From assembly GCF_009914755.1 (NCBI RefSeq), contig NC_060928.1: a stretch of DNA of 64,000 nt; one strand, written 5' to 3'. This document shows, piece by piece, positions 50,143 to 64,000 of this stretch. Under the pieces are notes generated by a model. It did not search any database, was not told the origin of the DNA, and worked only from the letters and a program-made list of their open reading frames with translations. The DNA is from the human T2T-CHM13v2.0 reference genome, Homo sapiens. The position numbers and the translations under genes are program-made. Position 1 is the first letter of the stretch. Each line of letters opens with the position of its first letter.

Positions 50143-50860
50143 TATGAGAAGCAGGGCTCAGTCACCCTTGATACAGTTTTCAGTTCTATACCACACCCAA
50201 ATGGCTCAAGCCATTGGCCAGAAATAAGAACTCAGAGGCATCTCTCTACCTAACAGCCTGGGCTCCCTTGCCTATGAACTTAAAGTGGCTCAAGCCTCAA
50301 ACCCTATTCATATATATATGTATAGTTCCCAACTTTTCTCTCTCTCTCTCTCTCGCTGCCTTACTTTTCATTCCTGCCTCACGTGACCTGGGCACAGAGG
50401 ACCGCTCAGCTGTCTCATTGTGAGGTTCCTGCTCAGGATGTTTAAGGAAAAATCATTGAACTTGTTTTCTATTGGGAAGTATTGAATTTGAAACATCTGA
50501 AGAACCAGGGGCTACTCCAGGCTAAGTTTCCCCGGGATCCTGGGGCATGAGTGGAGGGCTAGTGGAGAGCTGCAAGATCAGGTTCCCAGCCCCAGAGCAT
50601 AGTGAGGCTGAGATGAACTGCACATGGGTCAGACAAGAGCTGCAAGGGCATCTGCCAGTATAAACATGTTTCCCACATGAGCGAACCCCTGGTCATGGGT
50701 CCAACAGTTAAGCATGAGGCTGTCCTCCAGGTAAGAGAAGCATCCTGTGAAAGGTATACTGTTAACACCCATATCCAGCTCCCCTTCGGGTTCCCACTGG
50801 GGAGGGTTGCTAGGCACATTGTTATTGGAACCCCAATTTAGCAGGAGGCTCCCCCAATGC
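50143..50860 (+). mobile_element. ERVL solo LTR (MER54/MER73/MER74 group)
   Basis: gcagggctcagtcacccttg...gggtcagacaagagc...ggaaccccaatttagc. Confidence 0.7.
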
Positions 50861-51099
50861 CCAAGCACTAGGATTTTCCAAGCTTCCCTCCCTACACTTT
50901 GATCTCAGATACTCCTCAAGCATTCTTTCCTGTGGTTTTCTTAGTTTTGCTTTGCATCATGGTTCATCTATTAAGAGTTGGCATGAGGAGTGCATATAGG
51001 GGATAACACAAGTATAGGGGATCATATTAGATTCAGCTGGAGGGTTTTTTTTAATCAACACTCCAAGAAATTGGGTTCACTGTTCTTTCTCTTATATCT

Positions 51100-51494
51100 T
51101 GATATGGTTTGGATCTGTGTCCCCACCTAAATCTCATGTCAAATTCTAATCCCTAATGTGGGAGGTAGGGCCTGGTGGGAGGTGAATGGATCATGGAGGT
51201 GGATTTCCCACTTAGGTGCTCTTCTCCTTATAGAGTTCTCATGAGATCTGATTATTTAGAAGTATGTGATACCACCCCACTCTCTCTTCCTCCTGCTCCA
51301 GCCATTTAAGACATACCTGTTTCCCCTTCGCCTTCCACCATGATTAAAAGTTTCCTCAGGTGTCCTCCCCAGAAGCTGCTATGCTTCCTGTATAGCCTGC
51401 AGTACCATGTGCTGATTAAACCTCTTTTCTTTTTTTAAATAAATTACCCAGTCTCAGGTGTTTCTTTATGAGAGTGTGAGAATGGACTAATACA
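51100..51494 (+). mobile_element. MSTA-like MaLR solo LTR
   Basis: tgatatggtttggatctgtgtcccc...aattacccagtctcagg...ggactaataca. Confidence 0.92.
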
Positions 51495-51566
51495 CATCCC
51501 ATCTATTTACAAGGGATTATTTTCTTAGCGAGACACTTGCCCTGAAGATAATAAGTGTCATCTCCT

Positions 51567-51894
51567 TGCATTAGTCTGTTTTCATGCTGCTGATAAAGAC
51601 ATACCAAGACTGAGTAATTTATAAAGAAAAAGAGGTTTAATAGATTCACAGTTCCACATGACTGAGGAGGCCTCACAATCACAGCAGATGTCAAGAGAGA
51701 ACTTGTGTAGGGAAACTTCCATTTATAAAACCATCATATCTCCTGAGACTTACTCACTATCTTGGGAACCACATGGGAAAGACTCATCCCCATGATTCCA
51801 TTACCTCCCACCCAGCCCCTACCATGACACGTGGAAATTATGGGAGCTACAATTCAAGATGGGATTTGGATGGGGTCACAGCCAAACCATATCA
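51567..51894 (-). mobile_element. THE1B/C-like solo LTR
   Basis: attagtctgttttcatgctgctgataaagacatacc...cagccaaaccatatca; perfect TSD CTCCT. Confidence 0.93.
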
Positions 51895-53303
51895 CTCCTT
51901 AAGTACATAGTAACAGAAATAAAAACTGGAAAAAAATGTTCTAGCCCTTTGATTGAATACTTTCTTGGTTCTTGATCTTATACTCTTTCAGGACATCACT
52001 TACAGAATCTGCACACTTGGTCATCAGTATTGGAGGAATAGGCACCTTCCCCCAGCCTCAGCCAGCACCTGTCTATAGGAAGTAAATAATACAACAAAAC
52101 ATAAACAAAAATAGGTCATTTGAATAATCTTAAAGTTCTGTCATTGAAATATTTGCTCAAAGATCATTTTTATTTCTAGACCATTATAAACCAAGACTGG
52201 CTGCAGCTATCATTGTACCTGATTCACAGCTATGTAATATAAATAAGAACTTTTAAAAAGACTTCCAAAGTAAAGGCAAGGGGACTGGCAAGTTTTCAAT
52301 TAAGATGTCTCAACCTAATTTAAGATTGAAATGCCAAACACAAAGTTGGTCATTTGGTGAACACGTAAAAGAGCAGATAATAAAAAGATGCTTTTAGTAA
52401 GCAGATGTGCAATGTTAATATAGAGGTTATGTCATTTTATCAAATTCCACTATTACAGTGGTCATATGTTTATTGTAATAAACTGTCATCAAAGTTTTCA
52501 CCAGACTCAGCTGAATTATGTTTTTTAATTCAGCTTTTTCCAAGTTGTCAAATATTGAATGTGACTGTGAATTTTTTTGGCCAGAAAGGGGGAAATAAAG
52601 AGAAAGAAGAGAAACTGGGAGTTTGAATTGATTTATTTTAAGAATAATTCATATTGGTTCTTTAAGTAACTCATCAGTTAACCACATCAACACACTTAAT
52701 ATCTTCTACTTACATAGTTAAAAATGTATATTTTGCTTATGTTAACTTGAAAAGAGGATATGGAGTCCAAAAACATTCAGATTATAATGCTTTTTAAATA
52801 AAATTTGATAATATCAAAAGAAAACAAGACTCTAGGTCCATCCCATAGTACTTTACTAAAGAACACTCCTGTCAGTCTAATCTAATTTAATTATGTTGAA
52901 AGTGGATTGGCTTCGAAGATTGAGGAAAAGAAATAATATTTAAATTATCTTCATTTGAGTAAGATATTTTATTTTGTCATACAAGGTTATATGTCATATT
53001 ATTCATATAATTGATGAGGAAAATCTGGTTTGGATATCATATACCTATTAGGGTGATGCATAACTGGCTGGTGAATAATAGTCACAAATTTTTTTCAGCA
53101 TTGACTTGGAGATGGAAAAGATAAATACCAGCATTTTTCAAAAGCTGATGTTGAATGCTTGGTTGGATTTATCTCTCTTATCTAAGATCCAGAGCATATT
53201 TTCAAACAAATTCAGAATTCTCCATAAATGGATAAATTAGGTTTAATGATGATAATAATATTAAGGTTTAACCGACAGAAACTTAGAGAAAAGAGAAATT
53301 CAT

Positions 53304-53701
53304 AGATATTGTTTAGCTCTGGGTCCCCATCCAAATCTCATGTTGAATTATGATCTTCAGTGTTGGAGGAGGGGCCTAGTGGGAGGTGATTGGATCATGG
53401 GGGCAGATTTCTCCCTTGCTGTTCTCATGGTAGTGAGTTCTCATGAGATCTTCTTGTTTGAAAGTGTGTAGCACCTCCCACCTCTCTCTCTGTCTCTCTC
53501 TCTCTCTCTCTCTTTCTCCTGCTCTGGTGTGTGAAGACATGTTTACTTCCCTTTCGCCTTCCTCCATGATTGTAAGTTTCCTGAGGCCTCTCAGCCATGC
53601 CTTCTATACATCCAGCAGAATTGTTGAGTCTAAACCTCTTTTTTCATAAATTATCCCATCTCAGGTAGTTCTTTATAGCAGTGCAAGAATGGACTAATAT
53701 A
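53304..53701 (+). mobile_element. MSTA-like MaLR solo LTR
   Basis: gtccccatccaaatctcatgttgaatt...gggaggtgattggatcatggggg...ggactaatata. Confidence 0.9.
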
Positions 53702-53770
53702 TTTACCTAATAAGAAACCCACACAGATACAATATGAGGAATAACTAATAATACACCTAAAAGAATTTAA

Positions 53771-54040
<270 letters not shown>

Positions 54041-54243
54041 TGAACACAATCACCAGAACATGTTGTTTACTTGAAATCAGTACATCAAATATGAGCTAAT
54101 AATAAAAAAGTGATTTCTCAATGGAGTTAAAATATTCTTGAATACTTCAATCACATGAAAAGTTTCTTGATTTACACAACATGACTTATAATAAAGGAAT
54201 ACAAGATAACTTTTATGCAAAAATTATATAAAATTCCATATAA

Positions 54244-54260
54244 GGCCAGGTGCGGCGGCT
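54244..54260 (+). mobile_element. 17-bp Alu 5' head, probably belonging to the Alu at 53791
   Basis: ggccaggtgcggcggct matches consensus ggccgggcgcggtggct at 14/17; it is preceded by the TSD copy aaaattccatataa. Confidence 0.75.
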
Positions 54261-54261
54261 A

Positions 54262-54700
54262 AGTGTGTGTGTATGTGTGTGTGTATGAGAGAGTGAGAGT
54301 GTGTTTCTGGAAGAGATTAGCCCTTGAATTGACAGACAGAATAAAGCAGATGGCTGTTCCCATTGTGGCCGGGTATTATCCAATCCACTGAGGATCTGAG
54401 TAGAAAAAAAAGGCAGAAGAAGGGTGAATTACCTTTGCCAGACTGTTGAGCTGGCCCATCAATCTTCTCTTGCTGATGGTGCACCTGGTTCTCAGGCTTT
54501 CAGACACAGACTGCAGTCTATAGCATCAGCTCTCTAGATCTCAGGCTTTAAAACTACTCCAGGAGCTTTACTGAGTTTCTAGCTTGCAGATGGCAGACTA
54601 CAGGACTGCTCAGCTTCCATATTCATGCAAACCAATACTTTATGGTAAATACCCTACTGGTTCTGGTTCTGTTTCTCTGGAGAATCCTAACTAAATCATA
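54262..54700 (+). mobile_element. MLT2 (MLT2C/D-like) 5' LTR, missing its first ~70 bp
   Basis: gtgtttctggaagagattagc...tagcttgcagatggcag...ggttctgtttctctggagaatcctaactaa. Confidence 0.85.
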
Positions 54701-57700
54701 TTTTGGTACCAAAAGAGTCCAGATGAACAGAATGTTAAGCATGAGGTTTTTAAATTAGTTTTAGGGTTTCTGGAATTGGCTCTTTAATTTGATTAGACTT
54801 AAGATGCTAATGACTTAATTTAATTACTAGAGCTAGCACTGTAATCCATGGTGTGATCTGGCAATATACCTATAAAAATATGTGCATTACATAATCCTAA
54901 TCAGCCACTTATAAGAAGTGGGATGACTGTATATGATGCTTTTAAATAACTTTGGGAAACTAATGAATATAATGTTGCTGACTGGTTGGTCCCAACATCA
55001 GTGGGAGATAGAAAGGACTCTAACAGTTAGGCTGGTTGACTGAAACATGGACTGAAAAGTGGCCTGCTATAAGCAACTTGTAAATGCTAGACATGTGTTG
55101 GTTTAATGTAGAGAAATAGATTCAAAGACTTGCAAATGCAAGGAGACTGAAATGTTAAGAGTGAATTTGTCATTTAAGGCCTGCTCACCCACACTGGGAA
55201 GATCCAGAAGACATACCTTTCACCAATACTGTGAGAAATATATCTGTGAGGAGAACCTCAGCACCCTTGAAGAGCTCTGTAATCACCTTTCTCTATAGAA
55301 CAGAACTCCCAATGGGATCTACAATCACTAAATTAGAAAACCTAAATGCAATGGGAGTAATTGGATTCCAGTGTGACAAGGGCAGCACTCAACCAACAAA
55401 GGCAAGGTGGATGTGGTTACCATAATGGACAGCAGAGTCAAAGTAAGAAAGCAAAATAGTCTGACTTGAACAGACCTACGACATTGGCTAATTGATCATG
55501 GTGTTTCTAAAAGGGAAATGAATAGGAAGCTTACTAAATTCTTACTTGATCTGTACAAGCAGAAAAGTTCTAGGTAAAGTCAACAAAAGAACATGGGGCA
55601 TGTTCTATGGTGAAGGATAAATTGTTGCATCTGGTCCCTGGTTCTTCCTACAAGCAAGAAAAAGGCACAACACTAGTGGGTCTCTTTGTATTTCAGAGGC
55701 AACGTATTCCTCATTTGGGTGTATTACTCCAGCATATTTATTGAGTGAACCAAAAAGCTACTAGTTTTGAGTGGGACATAAAATAAGAGAAGGCTCTGCA
55801 ACAGGTCCCTTCTGCCCTACAAGCTGTTCTGCCACTTGGGTCATATGATCCAGTAGATCCAACAGTGCTTGAAGTATCAGTATCAGACAGGGATGCTCTT
55901 GGGAGCCTTTGGCAGGTCCATAGGGATGAATGACAGCACAGACCTTTGGGATTTTGGAGCAGGACTTTGCCATCTTCTGTAGATAACCACTCTCCTTTAG
56001 AGAGACAGCTTTTGGCCTGGTTACTGGGCCTTAGTAGAGACTGAACACTTGACCATGGACCATGTGTCACCAAGTTACAATAAAACCTAAGCTGTCCATC
56101 ATTAATTTGTTTTTACCTGGTCCAGCAAGTCATAGAGCTGCACATGCATAGCAACACTCCATCATTAAATAGAAGTGGTATATATATATGATAAGATCCA
56201 AGCAGGTCCTGAAGATACAAGTTAAATGAAGAAGTCGTCCAAATTTCCCACTCATTCTACACTATCTTTTCTCTCACAGCCTGCTTCTATGGCCTCATAG
56301 AGAGTTTTCTATGATCAGTGGACAGAGTTAGAGAAGAGTCAGGCCTGGTTTACAGACTTTTCTGCACATTGTGCAAGCACCACCTAAAAGTGGACAGCTG
56401 CAGTAATACAGCTCCTCTCTGGGATATCTCTAAAGAACAGTGGTGAAGACAAACCTCCTACTGGGCAGAACTTTAGGGTGGGCACGTGGTTTTGCGGTTT
56501 CGTTGGAAGGAGAGAAGGTCAGATGTTTGACTATATATGAATTCGTGGGCTGTAGCCAATGGTTTGGTTGGATGGCTAGAGACCTGGAAGTAACATTATT
56601 GGAAAATTGATGACAAATACATTTGGGAAAGAAGTATGTGGATAGACCTCTCTGAATGGACAAAAAACAGAAGATATTTGTGTCCCATGTAAATGCTCAC
56701 CATAGTGTGATCTTAGCAGGGGAAGACTTTAAAAATCACCAGGATAAAATGACCTGTTCTTTGGATACCAGTTGTCTTTGTTTTCCAGGCAACCCTGTCA
56801 TCAATGGATTAATTAACATAGTGGCCATAGTGGTTGCAGTGATGCTGGTTATGAATTGGCTCAGCAACATAGACTTCCACTTATCAAGGTTGACCTGGCT
56901 ACAGCCATCAATGCACTGCTTCCATCAAGGATGGTAAAGTGTTCTGAACTTACTGGAATAGACACTCTGGATACAGGTTTGTCTTTCTTGCATGGAGTAC
57001 TTCTGCCAAAACTCCCATTCGTGGATTTATAAAATGTCTTATTCACCATCATGGTATACCACAGAGCATTGCTTTTTATCAAAGAACCCACTTCACTGCA
57101 AAAGAAGTGAGAGAATGGGCCCAAGATTATGAAATTCACTGGCCTTCCCATGATATCCACCATCCTGAAACAGGTAGCTGGATAAAATGGTGAAATGGCC
57201 TTAGAAGACTCAGTTACAGAGTCAGCTAGGTAGCAATACCTTGCAAGACGGGGGCAAGACTTTCCAGAGAATATGCTCTGAATCAATATCCAATATATGG
57301 TCCTATTTTTACCATGGATAGGATTCATAGAACCAGGAATAAAGGGGTGGGTGGGGGGAATGAGAGTAGTGCCACTCACAATTACTTCCAGTGACTCACT
57401 AGCAAAATTTTGTTTTCTGTTCATGCAACTCTATGTGCTACTCACTTTGAGGTTTTAGTTCCATAAGGAGAACTTCTTCCACCAAGAGATAGAACTTTGA
57501 TTACATTAAACTAGAAGCTAAGACTTTCACCTAGCTACTTTAGGCTCCTCATGTCTCTAAATCATTAGGCAAAGAAGAGAGCTACCATGCTGGGTGGGTT
57601 GATTGATCCTGACTACCAAGTGAAAATTAGAATTCTACTCCACTAGGGCGGTAAGGAAGAGTAGATCTGGAATAAGGAAAATCTACCAGGATGTCTCCTA

Positions 57701-58329
57701 ATATTAGCATGCCCTGTGATTAATGTTAATGAAAAACTATAACAACCAAATATAGGGAAGAGTACTAATAACACAGTCCCCTTCAGAAAAGAAAATTTAA
57801 CTGACTCCAGCAGGTAAAGAACCATGACCACCTGAGGTACTTGTTGACAGTAAAGGGAATATAGACTGGGAGTGAGAGTTAGCGAAAAATAACAGCAACA
57901 ACCCCGTGACTAGGTACAGAAATAAGAACTGTAATTATCTTGAGTATTTCTTCCTTATTTTGTTATAAATACACACACACATACACGCAGATATATATAT
58001 ATCAATGCATATATAGATACGTATATATATTCTATTTTATCTCTCATTTCTTTACGATGTGACATAAGATGTGTTGACTTTATGTCATGGTATTTAAGGA
58101 TTGTTAATTTTACATCATAGTATTTAAGTTACAGGATATTAAGAAAAAGAGTAAACATCAATTAAGAACTTTACCTCCTCTTCTGGAGAAGGGGTTAATA
58201 TGTTTTTGATTGTACAAATGATAGCTGTATTATGTTAGGCAGAAATATAAACTTGTTATTGTTCTTATTTGGAGAATAAATATGGTTTAAGAAGATGTGT
58301 ATGAATGCCAAGTTAACAAGGGGTGGACT
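54701..58329 (+). mobile_element. ERVL (ERVL-B4/HERVL-like) internal region with large deletions
   Basis: PBS ttttggtacc; gag (ggaagatccagaagacatacctttcacc); RNaseH/integrase (IFVSHVNAH, caccatcatggtataccacagagcattgct); dUTPase region; PPT aaggggtggact. Confidence 0.88.
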
Positions 58330-58630
58330 TGTGATGGTTAATTCTCTATGTCAACTTGACTGGGTCATAGGATGTCCAGGTACCTAATTAGACATTATTT
58401 CTGGTTGTATCTCTGGGGATGCTTCTGAAGGAGACTAACACTTAAATTAGTGGACTGAGTAATAAAGATGGACTCCCAAATGTTGGTGGGCATCATTCAA
58501 TCTTTTGAGGGCCTGAATAGAAAAAAAAAAGTGAAGAAAATTGACTTAATCCTGCCTGATTGCTTGAGATAAGACAGGGATCTTTTCCTGTCTCTGACAC
58601 TTCTAATTCTCAGGGCTTCAGCCCCTGAAT
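58330..58630 (+). mobile_element. MLT2 3' LTR, 3'-truncated
   Basis: tgtgatggttaattctctatgtcaacttgactggg directly after the PPT. Confidence 0.88.
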
Positions 58631-58699
58631 CTGTCCTACTTAAAATAAGGTAAATGCTAGGGATTAGACATTAGAATATGCCATCAATATTAAAATTAT

Positions 58700-59560
58700 A
58701 AAATTACTAATATGAACGCTTCAAAAGTGGAATTTCAGAGGATTTATTTGCAGAACACAACTCAATAAAGCTAGAGAAGCTTTTGGTCAATAAAAACAAA
58801 ACTATTGTATAATTACAAAATAGTTACAATGAGGCACATGTTTTCAGGATCTCCTGAGGGCCACGTCAGGGCCAAAGAAAAAAAAAGTTATGATGATAGC
58901 AAGTCACATGAAATCTAAGGTGTGGACAGTACCAGAATCAGAGTCGTAAGCACAACAAGTGCATTTAATATGAAGCAAGAATGAATGGAAATAAATTAAT
59001 GAAACATTTACCTCAACAAGCTACAAAAAAATAACCAAGAGAAAGAAGATGAGGAAACAGGCAAAAATTAATAAATTTGAAACTAGAAAACTTTAAGTAG
59101 AATTAATAAATAAACCCATGTTCTGAACTTCTGGGAAATAACAGCAAAATATATAAGCTTCTAAGTAATCCAATCAAATTAAAACGGAAACAGTTAAAAT
59201 TTAGAATTAAGAAAAATATACAACCTCTCAAACAGATAAGAATTTTAAAAATTATTGTACAATATGTATAATTCTCTGTTACACATGATAATCCCAATGA
59301 AATGAATAATTTTTCTAGGAATAAAAAAAAACATGAAACTCCCGAAGTCGACCTAAAAAAAGTAGAAAATCTGTATTTACTAATAACCCTGTAAGGAAGG
59401 GAAATACTCACAAAAGAGCTGTTCTCTGAAAAGACATGGTGCTCAGATGGTTTTAGCAAAAAATTCTGGCAAACTCTGAGAAAAAACTGATATTTTTGTG
59501 CTGTTTAAACTCTTACAAATCAAAGAAGAAATGGAAAGTGTCATAATTTATATTATCAAA
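58700..59560 (+). mobile_element. Degraded L1M(E) ORF2 fragments
   Basis: atgaaatgaataatttttctagg...ggtgctcagatggtttt...tgtttaaactctt. Confidence 0.5.
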
Positions 59561-61389
59561 TTATGTTGCCATTCTGTATATCCTCTCCCCTCATTCATCC
59601 CCAAGCTGTTAGGATTTATAATTCATTGCTGCAAATATTTTTGAACTGATTCTCTGTCCTCTTTTGCAAAAACTCCATTGAAGGAACTAAATTGTTTGTG
59701 TCATGGAGATCAACTTTCATTTAGATTTAAAAAAAGGAAGAAATTCACTCAAACTAGCGACAAAGGAGAGATTTATAATTCCCTAAAACATCAGGGATGT
59801 GCACTGTGTGCTCTGGCATGGTCTAAGAGTTGCAAATCCTATGAGGAAAATGGCATCTTTGGGATCTAGGACTAAACCATAGATGGCTTTGGAGCAACTG
59901 GGGAGTAGAGATGACTGATGACAAGGAGTTTCGGCCAGTGTTTTAATATTGTGTAAGACCCTAGAAACTTTATTCTACCTTAGTAACAGGAAAGAGAGTC
60001 AAGATCAATGCTTTACATTTCCTGTTAACCTGGATCACATGTTCTTGAAGCTAGAATTAAATTAATTTAAAGATAATAAAAACTGTGATATTTCTTTCAC
60101 AATTGAGTATATGCATCAAGATTCATGCTCACTACATATAGATTTTTTTAAGTTAAATTCATTTCTGTAAATTAGTTCCAGGAGAAAAATTAAAAATAAA
60201 GCAGAGCTAATTACACAAATACAAAAATGATTAAAAATAGATTAATTATTTTTATAATTGATCGTGTTAATAGTCAAATTAAAAAATTATTATGCTGAAA
60301 AGAAACTTGAAAAATTCAGCATTCTTGAATTTTTTTTTAAATTTGATTTAAAAAATCCAGTGAAATTAAAAATAAAAGGCATTTTTCCCTTTTGCACTAA
60401 GTACTTTCATATACTATCTTGTTTTATTCTCATAACAGTCCTATCTATATTTTATAAAGATGAAAACTTACCCTAGCATACTAAATTAACTGGCCAAGGT
60501 CATACACTTTTTAATTGATGAAGTTAAAGTGTAGGCAGTCTGTTTTCTCACAGACTTACTGCTCCGTGAAATTACATGGTCAAAAAGATAATAAATGATA
60601 AAGTGAAAAATAAATCAAACACATCTTACTCTGGGTTTAGTACTTCCGTCAATTGAAGTTGGCAATTTCTTTCTCTCCTGGTAAATTATGCACCCTGAGA
60701 CTACAACCTTGCCTTTCTACTCATCTTAATTTTTCCTGATATCGTTGTGTTTGCAACCTATGACAAACTCCATGGATGTGATTTTATGAATAAATGAGCA
60801 TTTTGAGTAGAATCTGTGGGTAGTGGTGATATTGAAAATGTTTAACAACTTATATGGCAAAGGGACCAGCAGCTAATCAGAACAGGCACCAGTCGGAAAC
60901 AACTATCATAATCATATCAGTGTGTTCTGATAACTGTCAGCACTGGCAAAGAGTGGCCAGCTTTTATCCACATGAAAATGTCATTGGATTCCCAAAAGTC
61001 ATTTTGTCCAGCCTAGCCCTGCTGCATTTGACATCGTTCTTTGGGCTAGTGGTGGGGACCAGACATAGCCCAATCCTTCCTTAGAGCCTGCCTCCCTAAA
61101 CACTGATATACTATCCAAATGAGTCCAACAGTGTCTGTTTCCTAAAAATGTAGTTTGTCACCAGAGAAATACATATACCAAGTAAAAGAATTCATGTCTT
61201 CAGGTGGTTGAACATTTAAGTGAATCCAGAAATATCAGGTTCATATTTTCCAACACGTATTCTGGAGATGCATAAAAATACTGTCTAAAGCAAAAGAAAA
61301 GCTTGAAGCTAGCTTGAGACCAAGCAGAAATGAGGGACAGCTTGAATTCTAATGATCCTGATTCTTAGTCACTGCTTCTGTTTTTTGCA

Positions 61390-61974
61390 TGTAGCCATCA
61401 CGGCTTAACCAGGGAAGCAGAACTAATGTGATATATAGATACATGTCAAGAGACTTATTGTAGGGAATTTACTAACCCAATTATAAGGGCTGGCTATGAA
61501 GTCTTCACATGACTGTTTCCACATCCAGTGCTAGAACCCAGCACAGGCAGTCTGGAAGAAGAAATCACCAGTGGACTGGAACCCCATGAGTACAAGCTGG
61601 AACTCCACAAAATCAGACTACAGCTTATGCCCATTCTTGTTCCTCCTGACCTGAGAAAGGGTATCTTGTAGAAGAAGCCAGGGCTCTTGCTCAAAATGAT
61701 GAGCACGCATACACATCCATACCTGAAATAATAGAAATTGAAGAAAGATCCAAGGGGAAGGGGAAGCAAATCCAGGCCCAGCTGCTGTTTCACACCAAGG
61801 AAGTGAGTCAACAGATCAGCAAAAATTTATGTATCCTACAAAATAGCATTGTCCTCCTTCTGCGCTGTGGAGAGAATCATCATTGTAGCCCATCCAAATG
61901 AAACCTACCAAAAGAGATCATTCAGGGAACAGTAATTCAGCATAGCCCTATGGATACATTACAAAGTCATCACA
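61390..61974 (-). mobile_element. Old MLT2-related ERVL LTR (LTR52/MLT2F-like)
   Basis: The reverse strand begins tgtgatgactttgtaatgt...ggctatgctgaattac; the other end reads ccagggaagcagaac. Confidence 0.55.
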
Positions 61975-62771
61975 CTGTGGTACTAGCCCAGATGCATCTT
62001 TATTATTTGAACTCAACAACACAACCATAACAAACTTCTACCTTATGCAGGACTGGAATTAGAACTGTTGAAAATAAAAGACAGAAGATGGATGGAGACC
62101 CCCAAAATCAGATCACAGATGATACCACAATAATAACAATAACAAAATGGCTTATGTCTTTTAAATAGGACACATACCCATTTGCTGAAAGGTTGCAGGG
62201 GGATCCTTTAGCCTAAATAGAAGAGTAGCAGTAGATGACCTCTCAAGATTCCTTTCAACTTCATGATTGTATTATAAACCCCAAATTCTTAAATCCTACT
62301 ATTCCCCTGACTTCAATTAGCTTACTCATAATAAGAAACTTTTCAGTCTATGAAATTATAGCCTCATCGTGTTGGCTGCAGCAAGTGTCTTCCATGAAAT
62401 GCTACAGGAAAAGAAAACAACTTTCAAGAAGAATAACTGCTTCCAAAATTTGACTTGGAACCGATATGCAATACCTCTTCTGCTTATGAAAAGTATATAC
62501 GATCTGACCCTAAAAATAGCTTCTTGATTTAAGTAAAATGGCTCAGGGTTAAACTTTAACAATGAATGGAAACTGACCCTGTCAAACTTCTCCCGGTTGA
62601 CCTAGACAGCTCCTGTACTAGGCCAGATTTTGAGCACAGGGAAGGTGTCTTTATTCGACAGAGTATGCCTCAATTTCTTGAAGTATTCTCATCCCACATC
62701 CCAAGTCCCAATTCTTAGTCAACCACAGATCATATTCAATACTACTAATGATTTTTTTTAAAAAAAAAGTG

Positions 62772-63082
<311 letters not shown>

Positions 63083-63334
63083 TTATTTTGGCAAACATTC
63101 ACAAAACCTTGGCCTGGCCTTAATTTAGTCTTCTCAGGAGAATGTGTATTTTTTAAAAGCAAGAAAGGGAACACAATGCAATAAAACCAATTTTATTTGT
63201 GGTCTTATTGACATTATTTTAAATTATACATGCCCTTCAGAAAATACAAATATTTACACAAAGAAATAAAATAATTAAAACATCAAAACTGAATAATTAT
63301 GCCTCATTATCCTTCCATGTATTTCATATAATAT

Positions 63335-63387
63335 ATATGTGTATTTGTGTGTATGTGTGTGTCTGTGTGGTGTGTGTGTGTGTGTGT
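63335..63387. repeat. Imperfect (TG)n microsatellite
   Basis: Read directly. Confidence 0.9.
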
Positions 63388-64000
63388 TTACTGTGTCAAA
63401 TTAGACAAGCCAATTTTTGGAGTATACAGCATGCAAGGATTTTCAGTGTCTTTTTGGTTTTGGAAAAGGAAGACATCCCCTCTCCCTCTTCCTTACCCCC
63501 TACATTTTGCTTCTCATTTGAAAAGATATTCAAAAAGTAGATTAGTAAAACTCTGAGATGCTTTATGGAGCCTAAGTTCCAGAGGCTCAGAAATTCACTG
63601 CTTTTGTTGTGAGGACCTGTAGAACTTCCTAGTTTCTCAGAGCTAGAGAACTAACACCTCTCCCTGACTCCTTTTCTATTTTGAGAAAGCTCTACCTTCC
63701 AAATGTATTGCAAAGGAAGGCAAGCCCATGGGCTGCACTTGTGACTGACCTTGAAAGGCCTGAGATTTGTGGCTTGGACCAACTTTGCCAGTGCATTGGC
63801 ACACCCTTGGGTTCTATTTTTCTGAAAAATGTAGGGCTTTCTCTGCAGTTGGTGGTAAAATCCAAAACTCAGGTATGTATTTGTGGAGGTAGATGGCATT
63901 TGGCTTGCTTTGGTTGCAGGCCATTTTAGCCTAGTAATGGCAAGCATTCCCTATGCTCTGACTCCTTGCAGGTAATTGTCTAGAGGGCTCACATGGATCA

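Noticed and set aside
56861-57424. 187-aa minus-strand ORF
   Set aside because: It is antisense to the dead ERVL integrase with no sign of function.

Overview
This is AT-rich primate (human-like, hominoid) genomic DNA made almost entirely of transposable-element relics. It holds young and old LINE-1s, Alus, L2/MIR, many MaLR and ERVL solo LTRs, DNA-transposon fragments and two degenerate ERVL proviruses. I see no convincing host protein-coding gene, RNA gene, CRISPR array or new multi-gene system; the supplied ORFs are broken L1/ERVL/Alu fragments or chance ORFs. The interesting signal is structural. (1) One AluY appears split by a ~290-bp micro-inversion, with its target-site duplication now in inverted orientation (53781-54260). 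(2) An L1PA7 inserted into an older L1 at almost the homologous endonuclease position, inside one copy of a 107-bp tandem duplication. (3) An ERVL provirus bounded by LTR33-type LTRs is split by ~10.6 kb of nested insertions. (4) A textbook twin-primed 5'-inverted L1 opens the window. There are also several template-switch scars and non-B-DNA-prone repeats. Subfamily names come from my recall of consensus sequences, not from a RepeatMasker run, and boundaries of old elements are approximate.
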